Virus record (IMG/VR): IMGVR_UViG_2938709436_000001
Coordinates: 1 to 27,716 of that record
Reading direction: 5' to 3' (one strand)
From: a virus
Lineage: Duplodnaviria; Heunggongvirae; Uroviricota; Caudoviricetes
Length of the DNA: 27,716 nt
Shown here: piece after piece, positions 1 to 7,195 of the stretch
How positions within the stretch are numbered: position 1 is the first letter of the stretch
Layout: every line of letters starts with the position of its first letter
Translations under genes and position numbers: made by a program
Notes under the pieces: generated by a model
Told to the model about the DNA's origin: nothing
The model's database searches: none
The model's input: the letters and a program-made list of their open reading frames with translations, nothing else

Positions 1-356
1 GTCCATGCCATCATGTTAGCCGTTGTACCTGTGAACTGACCTTGGTCACCCGCATATTGCCAGCCACCGCTATTATATTTTACAACAAAAGCCTTCCCAA
101 CACCAAAAACATCTGCTACATTACTTGCAGCAAGCTTCCAGTGATCGTAGAATGGGCTGGTTGTTCCATCTGCACATTCACCCCAGGCGTTATCACCTTG
201 GGTGTATAGTCTTCCGTCAGACAGCAGGATAGCCATAGATCTTTTAACACCTGTGGTCTGCTCTCTTGTAAAGGCAATCTTTTTTACCCCGCCTGGTGGC
301 AGAGGTGTTGTCCCACCACCCGCCATTAGCAGGAAGAGACTTGGAATAGGAAACAT
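1..356 (-). CDS. RCC1/BLIP-II-like beta-propeller tail protein, 5' part (runs off left edge; absent from ORF track)
   Basis: Manual translation from ATG at 356: MFPIPSLFLLMAGGGTTPLPPGGVKKIAFTREQTTGVKRSMAILLSDGRLYTQGDNAWGECADGT..., open to position 1. SD AGGAGG upstream. LLSDGRLYTQGDNAWGE fits the RCC1 repeat pattern (l..dG.vy.wG.N..Gq). Confidence 0.8.
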   Translation of the reverse strand, partial: MFPIPSLFLLMAGGGTTPLPPGGVKKIAFTREQTTGVKRSMAILLSDGRLYTQGDNAWGECADGTTSPFYDHWKLAASNVADVFGVGKAFVVKYNSGGWQYAGDQGQFTGTTANMMAW

Positions 357-370
357 TAAAAACCTCCTAA

Positions 371-394
371 AGAAAAGGCTGTCCGAAGACAGCC
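371..394 (-). terminator. Rho-independent terminator after the long fibre gene
   Basis: Minus strand GGCTGTC-TTCG-GACAGCC followed by TTTTCT; C(UUCG)G tetraloop. Confidence 0.75.
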
Positions 395-401
395 CTTGGT
401 A

Positions 402-2210
402 TTACGGACGACGAACAATAACGGTGTCGATCACACCATCTTCAACGCCATTATAGGTTAGTTGAAGGATGGTTACAGAACCCGCAGTCTGATTGATTGT
501 CTCGCTGTTGAGAACCAGATAGTTAGGGTCCAGTGTGACCGTATGACCCCCGGTTGCATCCTGCGTCAGATAAATCATCGCAGAGAATGCGTTTGGTGGG
601 GAAGGCCATGCACCGATTGTTAGGTTTGCATCAACCAACACGGTATAGATGTTTGACTCGCCACTTGGTGTCCAGTTCGCAGTAGAGCTTTCAACATCTT
701 CAGCAACAAGCGTCAGAAATCCTACACGGGCATTCGGCAGGTCGGCTGTGTCCTGAACAGTCAGGGTCGCTGCTGTTACAGAACCTGTAGCCGTCAGGGA
801 TGCCACGCTAACTGACTGTCCTGTGAGGTCAATTGTTAACCCGGTAACCGTCCCCTGGATCACAAGGTTGTTTACCGTTGTGGTTCCGGAACCGTTGTTC
901 AGGGTTACATCTCCGGTAGCAGACAGGTTACCAGTGATTGCTACATCACCAGTTACATTCAGACCAGAAAGAAGCTCTGTTGAACCAGTTACAGAAAGAT
1001 TGCCACCAATTGCGCCGTTAGCAGAACCAGTGGTGAAACCGCCGTTAAGGTTGCTCAAGCCACCAACAGTGAAAGGTCCGGTGATTGTACCACTTGAAGC
1101 GGTGAAGTCAACAAGGGTTGTTGAACCATCTACCTTCAGAGTGTTAATCACTTCAAGACTTGAAACTGTAGTGTTACCGAGTGTTGCAGAACCGTTAACC
1201 ACAAGGTCAGATCCGACAGTCACACCTGCGGTCGTAGTAACAGAGTTAGGGAGGATGTCCAGCCCATTAACGCTGAAGCTCAGACCAGTTACAGATCCCG
1301 TAATGTGAAGGTTTTCCACTTCAGTCATACCGGAAACTTTCAGTCTTGGAGCAGAAATATCTTTTGCGTTGTTACCACGAATGTAAACATAATCGAAGAC
1401 GTTATTACCAACACCGGTCATAGACATTGTAGTATCATCGGCAGAAACTGTCCCGTTCACGATAATGTCTGTTTGCAGATTGTGGGTCTGAATCGCATAA
1501 GGATCAAGACGGGTCTTGAAGAATGTTGGATTAGCCGCATCTGTATAGACGAAGGTCAGGCTTGAGTCCTGCTTAGTCAAAATCAGGTTCTGGAAACGCC
1601 CAGTGGAATTATCTGCGTTAACCGGACCGTTCAGGGTGGTTGTACCGTTCACAGTCAAGTTATTTAACGTGGTGGCTCCTGATACTGTTACGTTGGCAAA
1701 GGTAACACTACCACCAGAAATACTGGACAGAGCACTTGCAATCGCAGTCGTAACAAAAGCTGTTGTTGCAATCGTGGTACTATTGCTGTTCGCAGCCGGA
1801 GTTGGTGCCTGTGGGTTTCCTGTAAGGATTGGACTGTTGATCGGAGCATAGATGGATGCCATCGCCGCTGCGTCATTGTACAATCTCCAGTTTACACTGG
1901 TAGATGGGTTAGCAGGAAGGGTTACAGGAGCCGTTGCTGTCGCACCCGGTGCATACCACCACTGAACACCGTTAGTACCGTTGAAAGCGTAAAGCTGGTT
2001 AAAGACAGTCGCTTGAGACCCGGCTACCCAAGGAATAGGCGGAGTCTTGAAAAATAAGTTGTCAAGAAGTGCTTTACGAACTGTTGGGATGGTGCTACCA
2101 TCTTCAGTAACAACAGTTTCAGAAGCTGTTCCGTTGACAACTTTGTGCAGGCGTTCAGAGTCTTCGATGACCTGATCAACAGCCTGTTCAAATTGAGTCA
2201 TATCTGCCAC
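402..2210 (-). CDS. Long tail fibre protein (about 602 aa; start revised to GTG 2210)
   Basis: SD TAAGGAG 6 nt before GTG at 2210, whereas the ORF-track start 2246 lies inside the upstream gene. Contains the phage tail-fibre repeat SPILTGNPQAPTPAANSNSTTIATTAFVTTAI, many T/G/V/N-rich beta repeats and a ~95-aa C-terminal domain. Confidence 0.85.
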   Translation of the reverse strand: MADMTQFEQAVDQVIEDSERLHKVVNGTASETVVTEDGSTIPTVRKALLDNLFFKTPPIPWVAGSQATVFNQLYAFNGTNGVQWWYAPGATATAPVTLPANPSTSVNWRLYNDAAAMASIYAPINSPILTGNPQAPTPAANSNSTTIATTAFVTTAIASALSSISGGSVTFANVTVSGATTLNNLTVNGTTTLNGPVNADNSTGRFQNLILTKQDSSLTFVYTDAANPTFFKTRLDPYAIQTHNLQTDIIVNGTVSADDTTMSMTGVGNNVFDYVYIRGNNAKDISAPRLKVSGMTEVENLHITGSVTGLSFSVNGLDILPNSVTTTAGVTVGSDLVVNGSATLGNTTVSSLEVINTLKVDGSTTLVDFTASSGTITGPFTVGGLSNLNGGFTTGSANGAIGGNLSVTGSTELLSGLNVTGDVAITGNLSATGDVTLNNGSGTTTVNNLVIQGTVTGLTIDLTGQSVSVASLTATGSVTAATLTVQDTADLPNARVGFLTLVAEDVESSTANWTPSGESNIYTVLVDANLTIGAWPSPPNAFSAMIYLTQDATGGHTVTLDPNYLVLNSETINQTAGSVTILQLTYNGVEDGVIDTVIVRRP

Positions 2211-2220
2211 AAGAGTCTCC

Positions 2221-2490
2221 TTATTGGTCTGACTTTTGCTCTTCACGTTGAGCTTCTGTTACGCCCCAACGAAGAGAGATGAGTTTGCTGATAAGTTGCG
2301 GTGCAGCGACAGTAGGTGCATACACCCACATGTACCACTCTGTCAACGTGCCTTTGAATCCCCAATAGAGGAATACTGCGGTCATAGATGCCAGGCCGAT
2401 ATTGCTCCAGAACTTTGTGTGTGAAGCCTTCTCCGGATCAACTGGTGATCTAACGAGGTCCTTCAAAAATTTCATTATTGATTTTAACAT
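2221..2490 (-). CDS. Small 2-TM membrane protein, putative holin
   Basis: 89 aa, two hydrophobic segments, charged C-terminal tail (QREEQKSDQ), basic N-terminus with two Met (M1, M6); SD GAGG before M1. Holin call rests on topology and context. Confidence 0.55.
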   Translation of the reverse strand: MLKSIMKFLKDLVRSPVDPEKASHTKFWSNIGLASMTAVFLYWGFKGTLTEWYMWVYAPTVAAPQLISKLISLRWGVTEAQREEQKSDQ

Positions 2491-2509
2491 ATTTCCTCAA
2501 GATTCTCAA
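2481..2509 (-). promoter_or_regulatory. sigma70-like promoter overlapping the start of the holin-like gene
   Basis: -35 TTGAGA (2509-2504), 17-bp spacer, extended -10 TGtTAAAAT (2489-2481). Confidence 0.55.
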
Positions 2510-2979
2510 TGAACTAACATGGGTAGGAACCTTGCAAGAACCACGAGGCTTACCACTGTTGCAGTCTTGATCCACTCTTTGACCGTGTTATCCTTAAAGG
2601 AAGCACAAAGAATCAGAACCTCCATAAGGGTCTGGTATGACGAGTTGATGACAAAGTTCAATGCAAATGGTAAGAGGAATGGAAATTGCATGACTATTAT
2701 CTGGCAGAAGAGTATTGGAACCGACACGGCAAGTGTCAACTTCTTCTTCCATCCCGACAATACACACGCTGTACAAAATAAAAGGGCGATGTCGAGTAAC
2801 CAACAGAACGTCATATACAACGACAGGTCAAAATAAACGCTGTGTGCAGAAAACCACCAGTACAGCAGGTTCTCTAAAAGAATATGGACCATGCCGAAGA
2901 TAGACATGATCCGTATTCCCTTGTCAGCGTTAAGCAACAGCACTGCAAAGCAGATGAAATACAGTGCTGAACTTATCAT
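2506..2979 (-). CDS. Polytopic membrane protein, function unknown
   Basis: 157 aa, almost entirely hydrophobic (about 5 TM segments); ATGA overlap with the upstream gene indicates translational coupling. Confidence 0.75.
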   Translation of the reverse strand: MISSALYFICFAVLLLNADKGIRIMSIFGMVHILLENLLYWWFSAHSVYFDLSLYMTFCWLLDIALLFCTACVLSGWKKKLTLAVSVPILFCQIIVMQFPFLLPFALNFVINSSYQTLMEVLILCASFKDNTVKEWIKTATVVSLVVLARFLPMLVH

Positions 2980-3290
2980 TTGAATTGACGCTCCATTAGC
3001 ATCTGGAACTGCTTGCTAAGGTCGCTACGCAAGTCACCAACGTCATCTTTGATGTCTTTACGCAATTCTGAAACGTCATCACGAACCGTCTTGAGTTTCT
3101 TGTCGAGAATCTCATCCAGTTTTTCTTTTGTGACCATCTCTGCCTTAATCCTTATGATATCTTTATCAAGTTCATCAAGGCGTTCTTGCGTTTTTTTGTA
3201 GTCAGAGTATGTGATTCTCAGGACACCAATCAGCACAAACGTGATAACGCCCCATACGGCTTTAAGGATAGCAAATAGATCAATGGACAT
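2976..3290 (-). CDS. Single-TM plus coiled-coil protein (holin/antiholin-like, uncertain)
   Basis: 104 aa; N-terminal hydrophobic helix followed by a charged heptad-rich region; SD GGAG upstream. Confidence 0.7.
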   Translation of the reverse strand: MSIDLFAILKAVWGVITFVLIGVLRITYSDYKKTQERLDELDKDIIRIKAEMVTKEKLDEILDKKLKTVRDDVSELRKDIKDDVGDLRSDLSKQFQMLMERQFK

Positions 3291-3299
3291 GAGCGCTCC

Positions 3300-3815
3300 T
3301 TATACGCGAGGTTGTTTTGGTAGAGAACCCACGTCAGTTGCTTCACGCACTTTGATTCTATAGGCTTTCCAGTTCTTAAGAGCGGTTACCTCTCCGGCGG
3401 TTGCCGTTTCCAGATCCACCTTATCCTGATACTGAGCAATCTTATCGTTAGCCAGTGCAAGAAGGTTTTGTTTCTGGGTGTCAAGATCTCTCGTCAAGAA
3501 ATCAGGGTTGATTTTAAACTTAAGAGTCTTTGGGTCAAAGAGGTATTTACGACCAAGCTCTAAATCCGCAGGCACCTTATCCAGAGGAACCTCAATCAGA
3601 GAGGCCCCCGGTGGATACAGAGAACTTGCGTCAAGGGAGAACCCGGTAACAACACCGTCTACGTACAAGACCTTCATTGTGTCTTCTTTCATATCTTTAA
3701 TGGCCTCGTAAAAATCCTGACCATCTTTGGATCTGAAGAACATTACGCCGTAAGCAGCAAGTTCTTCAGGAACTTTCTCAGGAGTATAGATCTCCACGTT
3801 CTTAAGGTGTACCAT
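3300..3815 (-). CDS. Tail fibre assembly chaperone (Tfa-like)
   Basis: Follows the fibre gene. Motifs FFRSKDGQDFY and YQDKVDLETATAGEVTALKNWKAYRIKV match the lambda Tfa/Caudo_TAP pattern. Confidence 0.85.
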   Translation of the reverse strand: MVHLKNVEIYTPEKVPEELAAYGVMFFRSKDGQDFYEAIKDMKEDTMKVLYVDGVVTGFSLDASSLYPPGASLIEVPLDKVPADLELGRKYLFDPKTLKFKINPDFLTRDLDTQKQNLLALANDKIAQYQDKVDLETATAGEVTALKNWKAYRIKVREATDVGSLPKQPRV

Positions 3816-3826
3816 ACATCCTCCTG

Positions 3827-4939
3827 TTATAATTGCCCGATGGTGTACCAGCCGCCGTTGATGTATTTCTGGATAGGTCGAGAATACATGTCACGGAATT
3901 CATCGTTGTTACCTGATTTAGACCAGATGTTGAAACCTGTTACAACACAACCGCCTGGAGCACGATACACAAAGGATTCGTTACCAAGTGAATAACGGTT
4001 TGTAGAGATTTCGGAACCAAGGCGCATATCCTGAACACCTTGTGGTGGTAAGGAGATTGTTACGTTACCGTTACCATCAGCAGTGTTACCGTTTACAGCA
4101 CGGACAACATGACGACCACCTACAGTTGCACTGTTGTTCTGGACAACAAGGTTAGCAGTTGTGGTTGTTGAACTTACGTTCAGAGTCCCTGTTGATACGT
4201 TGTTTGTAGCCACCACGTTGGTAGCACGAGTGGTTGTTGACTGGAGGGTGTTTACCGTCCAAGTGTTGCTCACTGTCCCGTTTGTGAAAGTCGCAGAGGT
4301 TGCTGTCATTGAAGAACCCTGGATACTTCCACTCGCGATGATGTTACCAGTGACACGACACAGAGCCGCCGTAGCGCTGATCGCGTTAAGCTCCATCATC
4401 GTAAAGATGCTACCACCAGAAGGTGTGAAGCGGAAACGCATTGTATCTACACCGGAAGAACCCGCTGTGCCTGGGTTGTCTCCAAGAACAAAATCAAAGT
4501 ATGTCCAGTCAGATGCTGGGTTAGTTGTGGTGATGTAGGCAAAGTCAGAAGAAGATGCCTGCAAGTCTAAACGAGGAACAGAAAGGCTCCCGGTCATGGT
4601 GTCGCCAGACACATTCACGTAACGAGTGTCAGACTCCCCCTTGCTCCACACATCGAGGTTTGTACGAGCAGTTGCCTTATTCGGTACGTCAGCCAAGTTC
4701 TGAGTAACACGCAGGAATCGGCTATCAAGACCGGGGATCTGATCACCAGTAATATACTTCGCCCATGCGGTCACCATGTTTAACACATAGTTGAACTCTT
4801 CGCAAGAAGGTTTTTCACCCATATCCCAACCTTTGTTCCAAAGGTCATCAATAGGACGGGATTTATTTAACTCGTGGGTGTTAGGGAGGACAATGTTCCC
4901 ATAGGCCCAAATTTCAATAGGTACTGTTGGCGCTGCCAT
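3827..4939 (-). CDS. Tail fibre protein (baseplate-attached)
   Basis: N-terminal WNKGWDMGEKPSCEEFNYVLN baseplate anchor, LADVPNKATARTNLDV repeat, C-terminal RPIQKYINGGWYTI typical of Tfa-dependent fibres; follows the J and wedge genes. Confidence 0.88.
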   Translation of the reverse strand: MAAPTVPIEIWAYGNIVLPNTHELNKSRPIDDLWNKGWDMGEKPSCEEFNYVLNMVTAWAKYITGDQIPGLDSRFLRVTQNLADVPNKATARTNLDVWSKGESDTRYVNVSGDTMTGSLSVPRLDLQASSSDFAYITTTNPASDWTYFDFVLGDNPGTAGSSGVDTMRFRFTPSGGSIFTMMELNAISATAALCRVTGNIIASGSIQGSSMTATSATFTNGTVSNTWTVNTLQSTTTRATNVVATNNVSTGTLNVSSTTTTANLVVQNNSATVGGRHVVRAVNGNTADGNGNVTISLPPQGVQDMRLGSEISTNRYSLGNESFVYRAPGGCVVTGFNIWSKSGNNDEFRDMYSRPIQKYINGGWYTIGQL

Positions 4940-4950
4940 TGTAATCTCCC

Positions 4951-5583
4951 TTAAATCAAGGTATTCTCTTCATCAGACGTGTATGTCAGGTGTGCAAGGC
5001 CACCCTCTCCTGTACGACCCCCGGAGTGGATTGAGCCGAAACCGAGTGCATGTTTGTCGCCTGAGAAACCAAAAGGCGTACCGCTGGACTCTGTGAGTCT
5101 TAAGTGGGTAGGCATAGGTAGCATGTCTTGAATCTCTTGGAGAGCGGTCTCCAATTCAAAACATGTCTTCGAAATGTTGATGTCGAAACGATAATTATCA
5201 CCCTTATAGGTAGTGAAATTACCAGTCCCGAACAATTGGTTGAGTGTGTCAATAACCTCAGGTCTTGTACCGTGCTTCGCAGCACTCGCAAGAAGGATGA
5301 TGATGATCGCACGATAGTTCATATCGCTAAGACCATTACGTTCGATCCCTACCTGCTTACCAATCTCATCGAGGTTGACACCAGTCGCATTCTTCAGTAA
5401 TCTCCCTTCAGACAGGTTGACCCACATTTCGTCAACTGCCTTAAGTCTTTCGAGATATACTGTCATGAATTTGACAAGGTTTTCTTTCTCTTTCAGAAAA
5501 TCGCCAGGGAGGTAATCAATACCTCCTTGAACGAAATCTGGCAGAGTATGGATGTGGTTGACATCCTTTAGATAATCTGCCAT
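4951..5583 (-). CDS. Baseplate wedge subunit (P2 gpI/DUF2612-like)
   Basis: Position after baseplate J; motif ATGVNLDEIGKQVGIERNGLSDMNYR. Confidence 0.8.
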   Translation of the reverse strand: MADYLKDVNHIHTLPDFVQGGIDYLPGDFLKEKENLVKFMTVYLERLKAVDEMWVNLSEGRLLKNATGVNLDEIGKQVGIERNGLSDMNYRAIIIILLASAAKHGTRPEVIDTLNQLFGTGNFTTYKGDNYRFDINISKTCFELETALQEIQDMLPMPTHLRLTESSGTPFGFSGDKHALGFGSIHSGGRTGEGGLAHLTYTSDEENTLI

Positions 5584-5593
5584 GCTTACCTCG

Positions 5594-7087
5594 TTAGATG
5601 ATTTGCTGGAAGGTGATGTCGTCAGTATCCAGCGCGAACACTTCTGTCATTCCCGCAACAACATCGCTGTTGGTGTAGGAACTGTCAGGTTGACCAACGT
5701 TCTTCACATCGACGAACAGTTGAGTGAATCGCCCAGGAGAGATTGAAGAACCAACAGCAGAGACCAACTGGATGTTATACAGAGTATCTGCAATGTTGAG
5801 CGGGTCAACAACTGCCTTCAAAGCATCCTTAATAGTGTTCTGCTCTGTCACAGACAGAAGCTTACCCTTGTAACGAACTCGGATAGCAAGTTCACGGGCT
5901 TGTGCTTTGCTGTGGAAAATACGTTCTGTCTGGTCATCCTCGGTAGTGATGTCATAGAAGACGTTACCATAGGTTGCGTTTGACAGCGCGATTGTGTTAT
6001 AAAGTGCTTGACTGATATCCTCAGTTGATCCACCATATACCACGGTTTCGAATTTATATGCAGGAACACCGTACTGATCAGTTGATCCTGTGCTGTTGGA
6101 GAACACACGGACCTTGCTCACACCCTCTACGTTGAGAACAGCGGAGATAACAGCAGGACGAGTAGCAGCAGCGCCAGCAGCGGTACTGTTGGCAGCACGG
6201 ACCTTGTAGTCTGTGTCTGTTTCTACATCTGACCCATCGTTAAATGCGGTCATGTTTGTCATGCTGATAAAGCCACTTGGTGTTGGGCTAATGTTTGTTA
6301 CTGTGTTTGCTTCACGAGAGATCTCACCAGCTTCTGAGGCAATAACATCCATCGTGATTGTTCTCTGTCCGATCACCGGAGAAGAGCGGAAGTCAACACG
6401 ACTGTTAAGACCAATCATCTTTTTGTTGGCATCATAACCGATGTACAGAGCACCGTTTGCAGAGTCAATGAAGATTCTGTCTTCGTTTAGCTGCGTGGTG
6501 TTCTGGATGATAAAGTCTTTGATGGAAGACATAAAGGCGTTCATCTGAGCGCTGTTAGGCGTTTTGTTACTCAGGGTTAAAGCCATTGTCTTGGTTGTAC
6601 CATCATTCTGGTTCATCATCTGGAAGGTGTAGTTACCCAGCACCCAGTCAGGGTTAAGGATCTGTTGTGCAAGAATGTTACCCGCCACAGGAGTATCTTG
6701 GTTAAGAACGAAGTTACCACTGTCAATGCTGTATGTTCCAGCACTGTAAATCATGTTGTACGGAACGGTGTTGTTAATCACCATCTGAACCGTACCTGAA
6801 CCTCTTGTCTTCCCACGACGATAAATACCACGACGACCCAGCAGTTCATCCAGGTAGATACCTTCAGCACCTGCAAGGGTCTGTGCAGAATACACAGATG
6901 CAGCCAGAAGGATTAACTGGTACTCCCTTTCGTTCAGAATTGTGGTAAGTTTATCAACAATAGTGTTGGACTGTGTGTTGAAGTTCTCACCGAAAGTTCG
7001 GATTAGTGACTGCTTGGTATCTGCGATTAGATCATCAAGGGATGGGATCGCAAAGCCGTAGTCGTTTAATCCATATTGAGCAGCCAC
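5594..7087 (-). CDS. Baseplate wedge protein J-like
   Basis: 497 aa; AEGIYLDELLGRRGIYR and DGSDVETDTDYKVR...AVLNVEGVSKVRV motifs of the Baseplate_J family; GTG start with SD GAGGAGG. Confidence 0.9.
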   Translation of the reverse strand: MAAQYGLNDYGFAIPSLDDLIADTKQSLIRTFGENFNTQSNTIVDKLTTILNEREYQLILLAASVYSAQTLAGAEGIYLDELLGRRGIYRRGKTRGSGTVQMVINNTVPYNMIYSAGTYSIDSGNFVLNQDTPVAGNILAQQILNPDWVLGNYTFQMMNQNDGTTKTMALTLSNKTPNSAQMNAFMSSIKDFIIQNTTQLNEDRIFIDSANGALYIGYDANKKMIGLNSRVDFRSSPVIGQRTITMDVIASEAGEISREANTVTNISPTPSGFISMTNMTAFNDGSDVETDTDYKVRAANSTAAGAAATRPAVISAVLNVEGVSKVRVFSNSTGSTDQYGVPAYKFETVVYGGSTEDISQALYNTIALSNATYGNVFYDITTEDDQTERIFHSKAQARELAIRVRYKGKLLSVTEQNTIKDALKAVVDPLNIADTLYNIQLVSAVGSSISPGRFTQLFVDVKNVGQPDSSYTNSDVVAGMTEVFALDTDDITFQQII

Positions 7088-7128
7088 GAACGCCTCCTCT
7101 TGCTAGATTTTTGCTCTAAGATGTTGCT

Positions 7129-7157
7129 ATTTTATCATATTGTGATTTAATTATAAA
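7129..7157 (-). promoter_or_regulatory. sigma70-like promoter for the J-wedge-fibre operon
   Basis: -35 TTTATA, 17 bp, extended -10 TGaTAAAAT in an AT-rich gap just past a terminator. Confidence 0.55.
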
Positions 7158-7170
7158 GGCTTATAATGAG

Positions 7171-7190
7171 AAAAGGGGCCTAAGCCCCTT
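7171..7190 (-). terminator. Rho-independent terminator after the tailspike
   Basis: AAGGGGC-TTAG-GCCCC-TTTT directly after the stop at 7196. Confidence 0.75.
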
Positions 7191-7195
7191 GTTAT

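Noticed and set aside
823-1308. 161-aa Val/Pro/Thr-rich plus-strand ORF (similar cases at 1603-1851 and 4134-4538)
   Set aside because: By-product of Thr/Gly/Asn/Val-rich fibre repeats on the opposite strand; no SD.
2211-2246. ORF-track N-terminal extension of the long fibre
   Set aside because: It overlaps the upstream gene; a strong SD supports GTG 2210.
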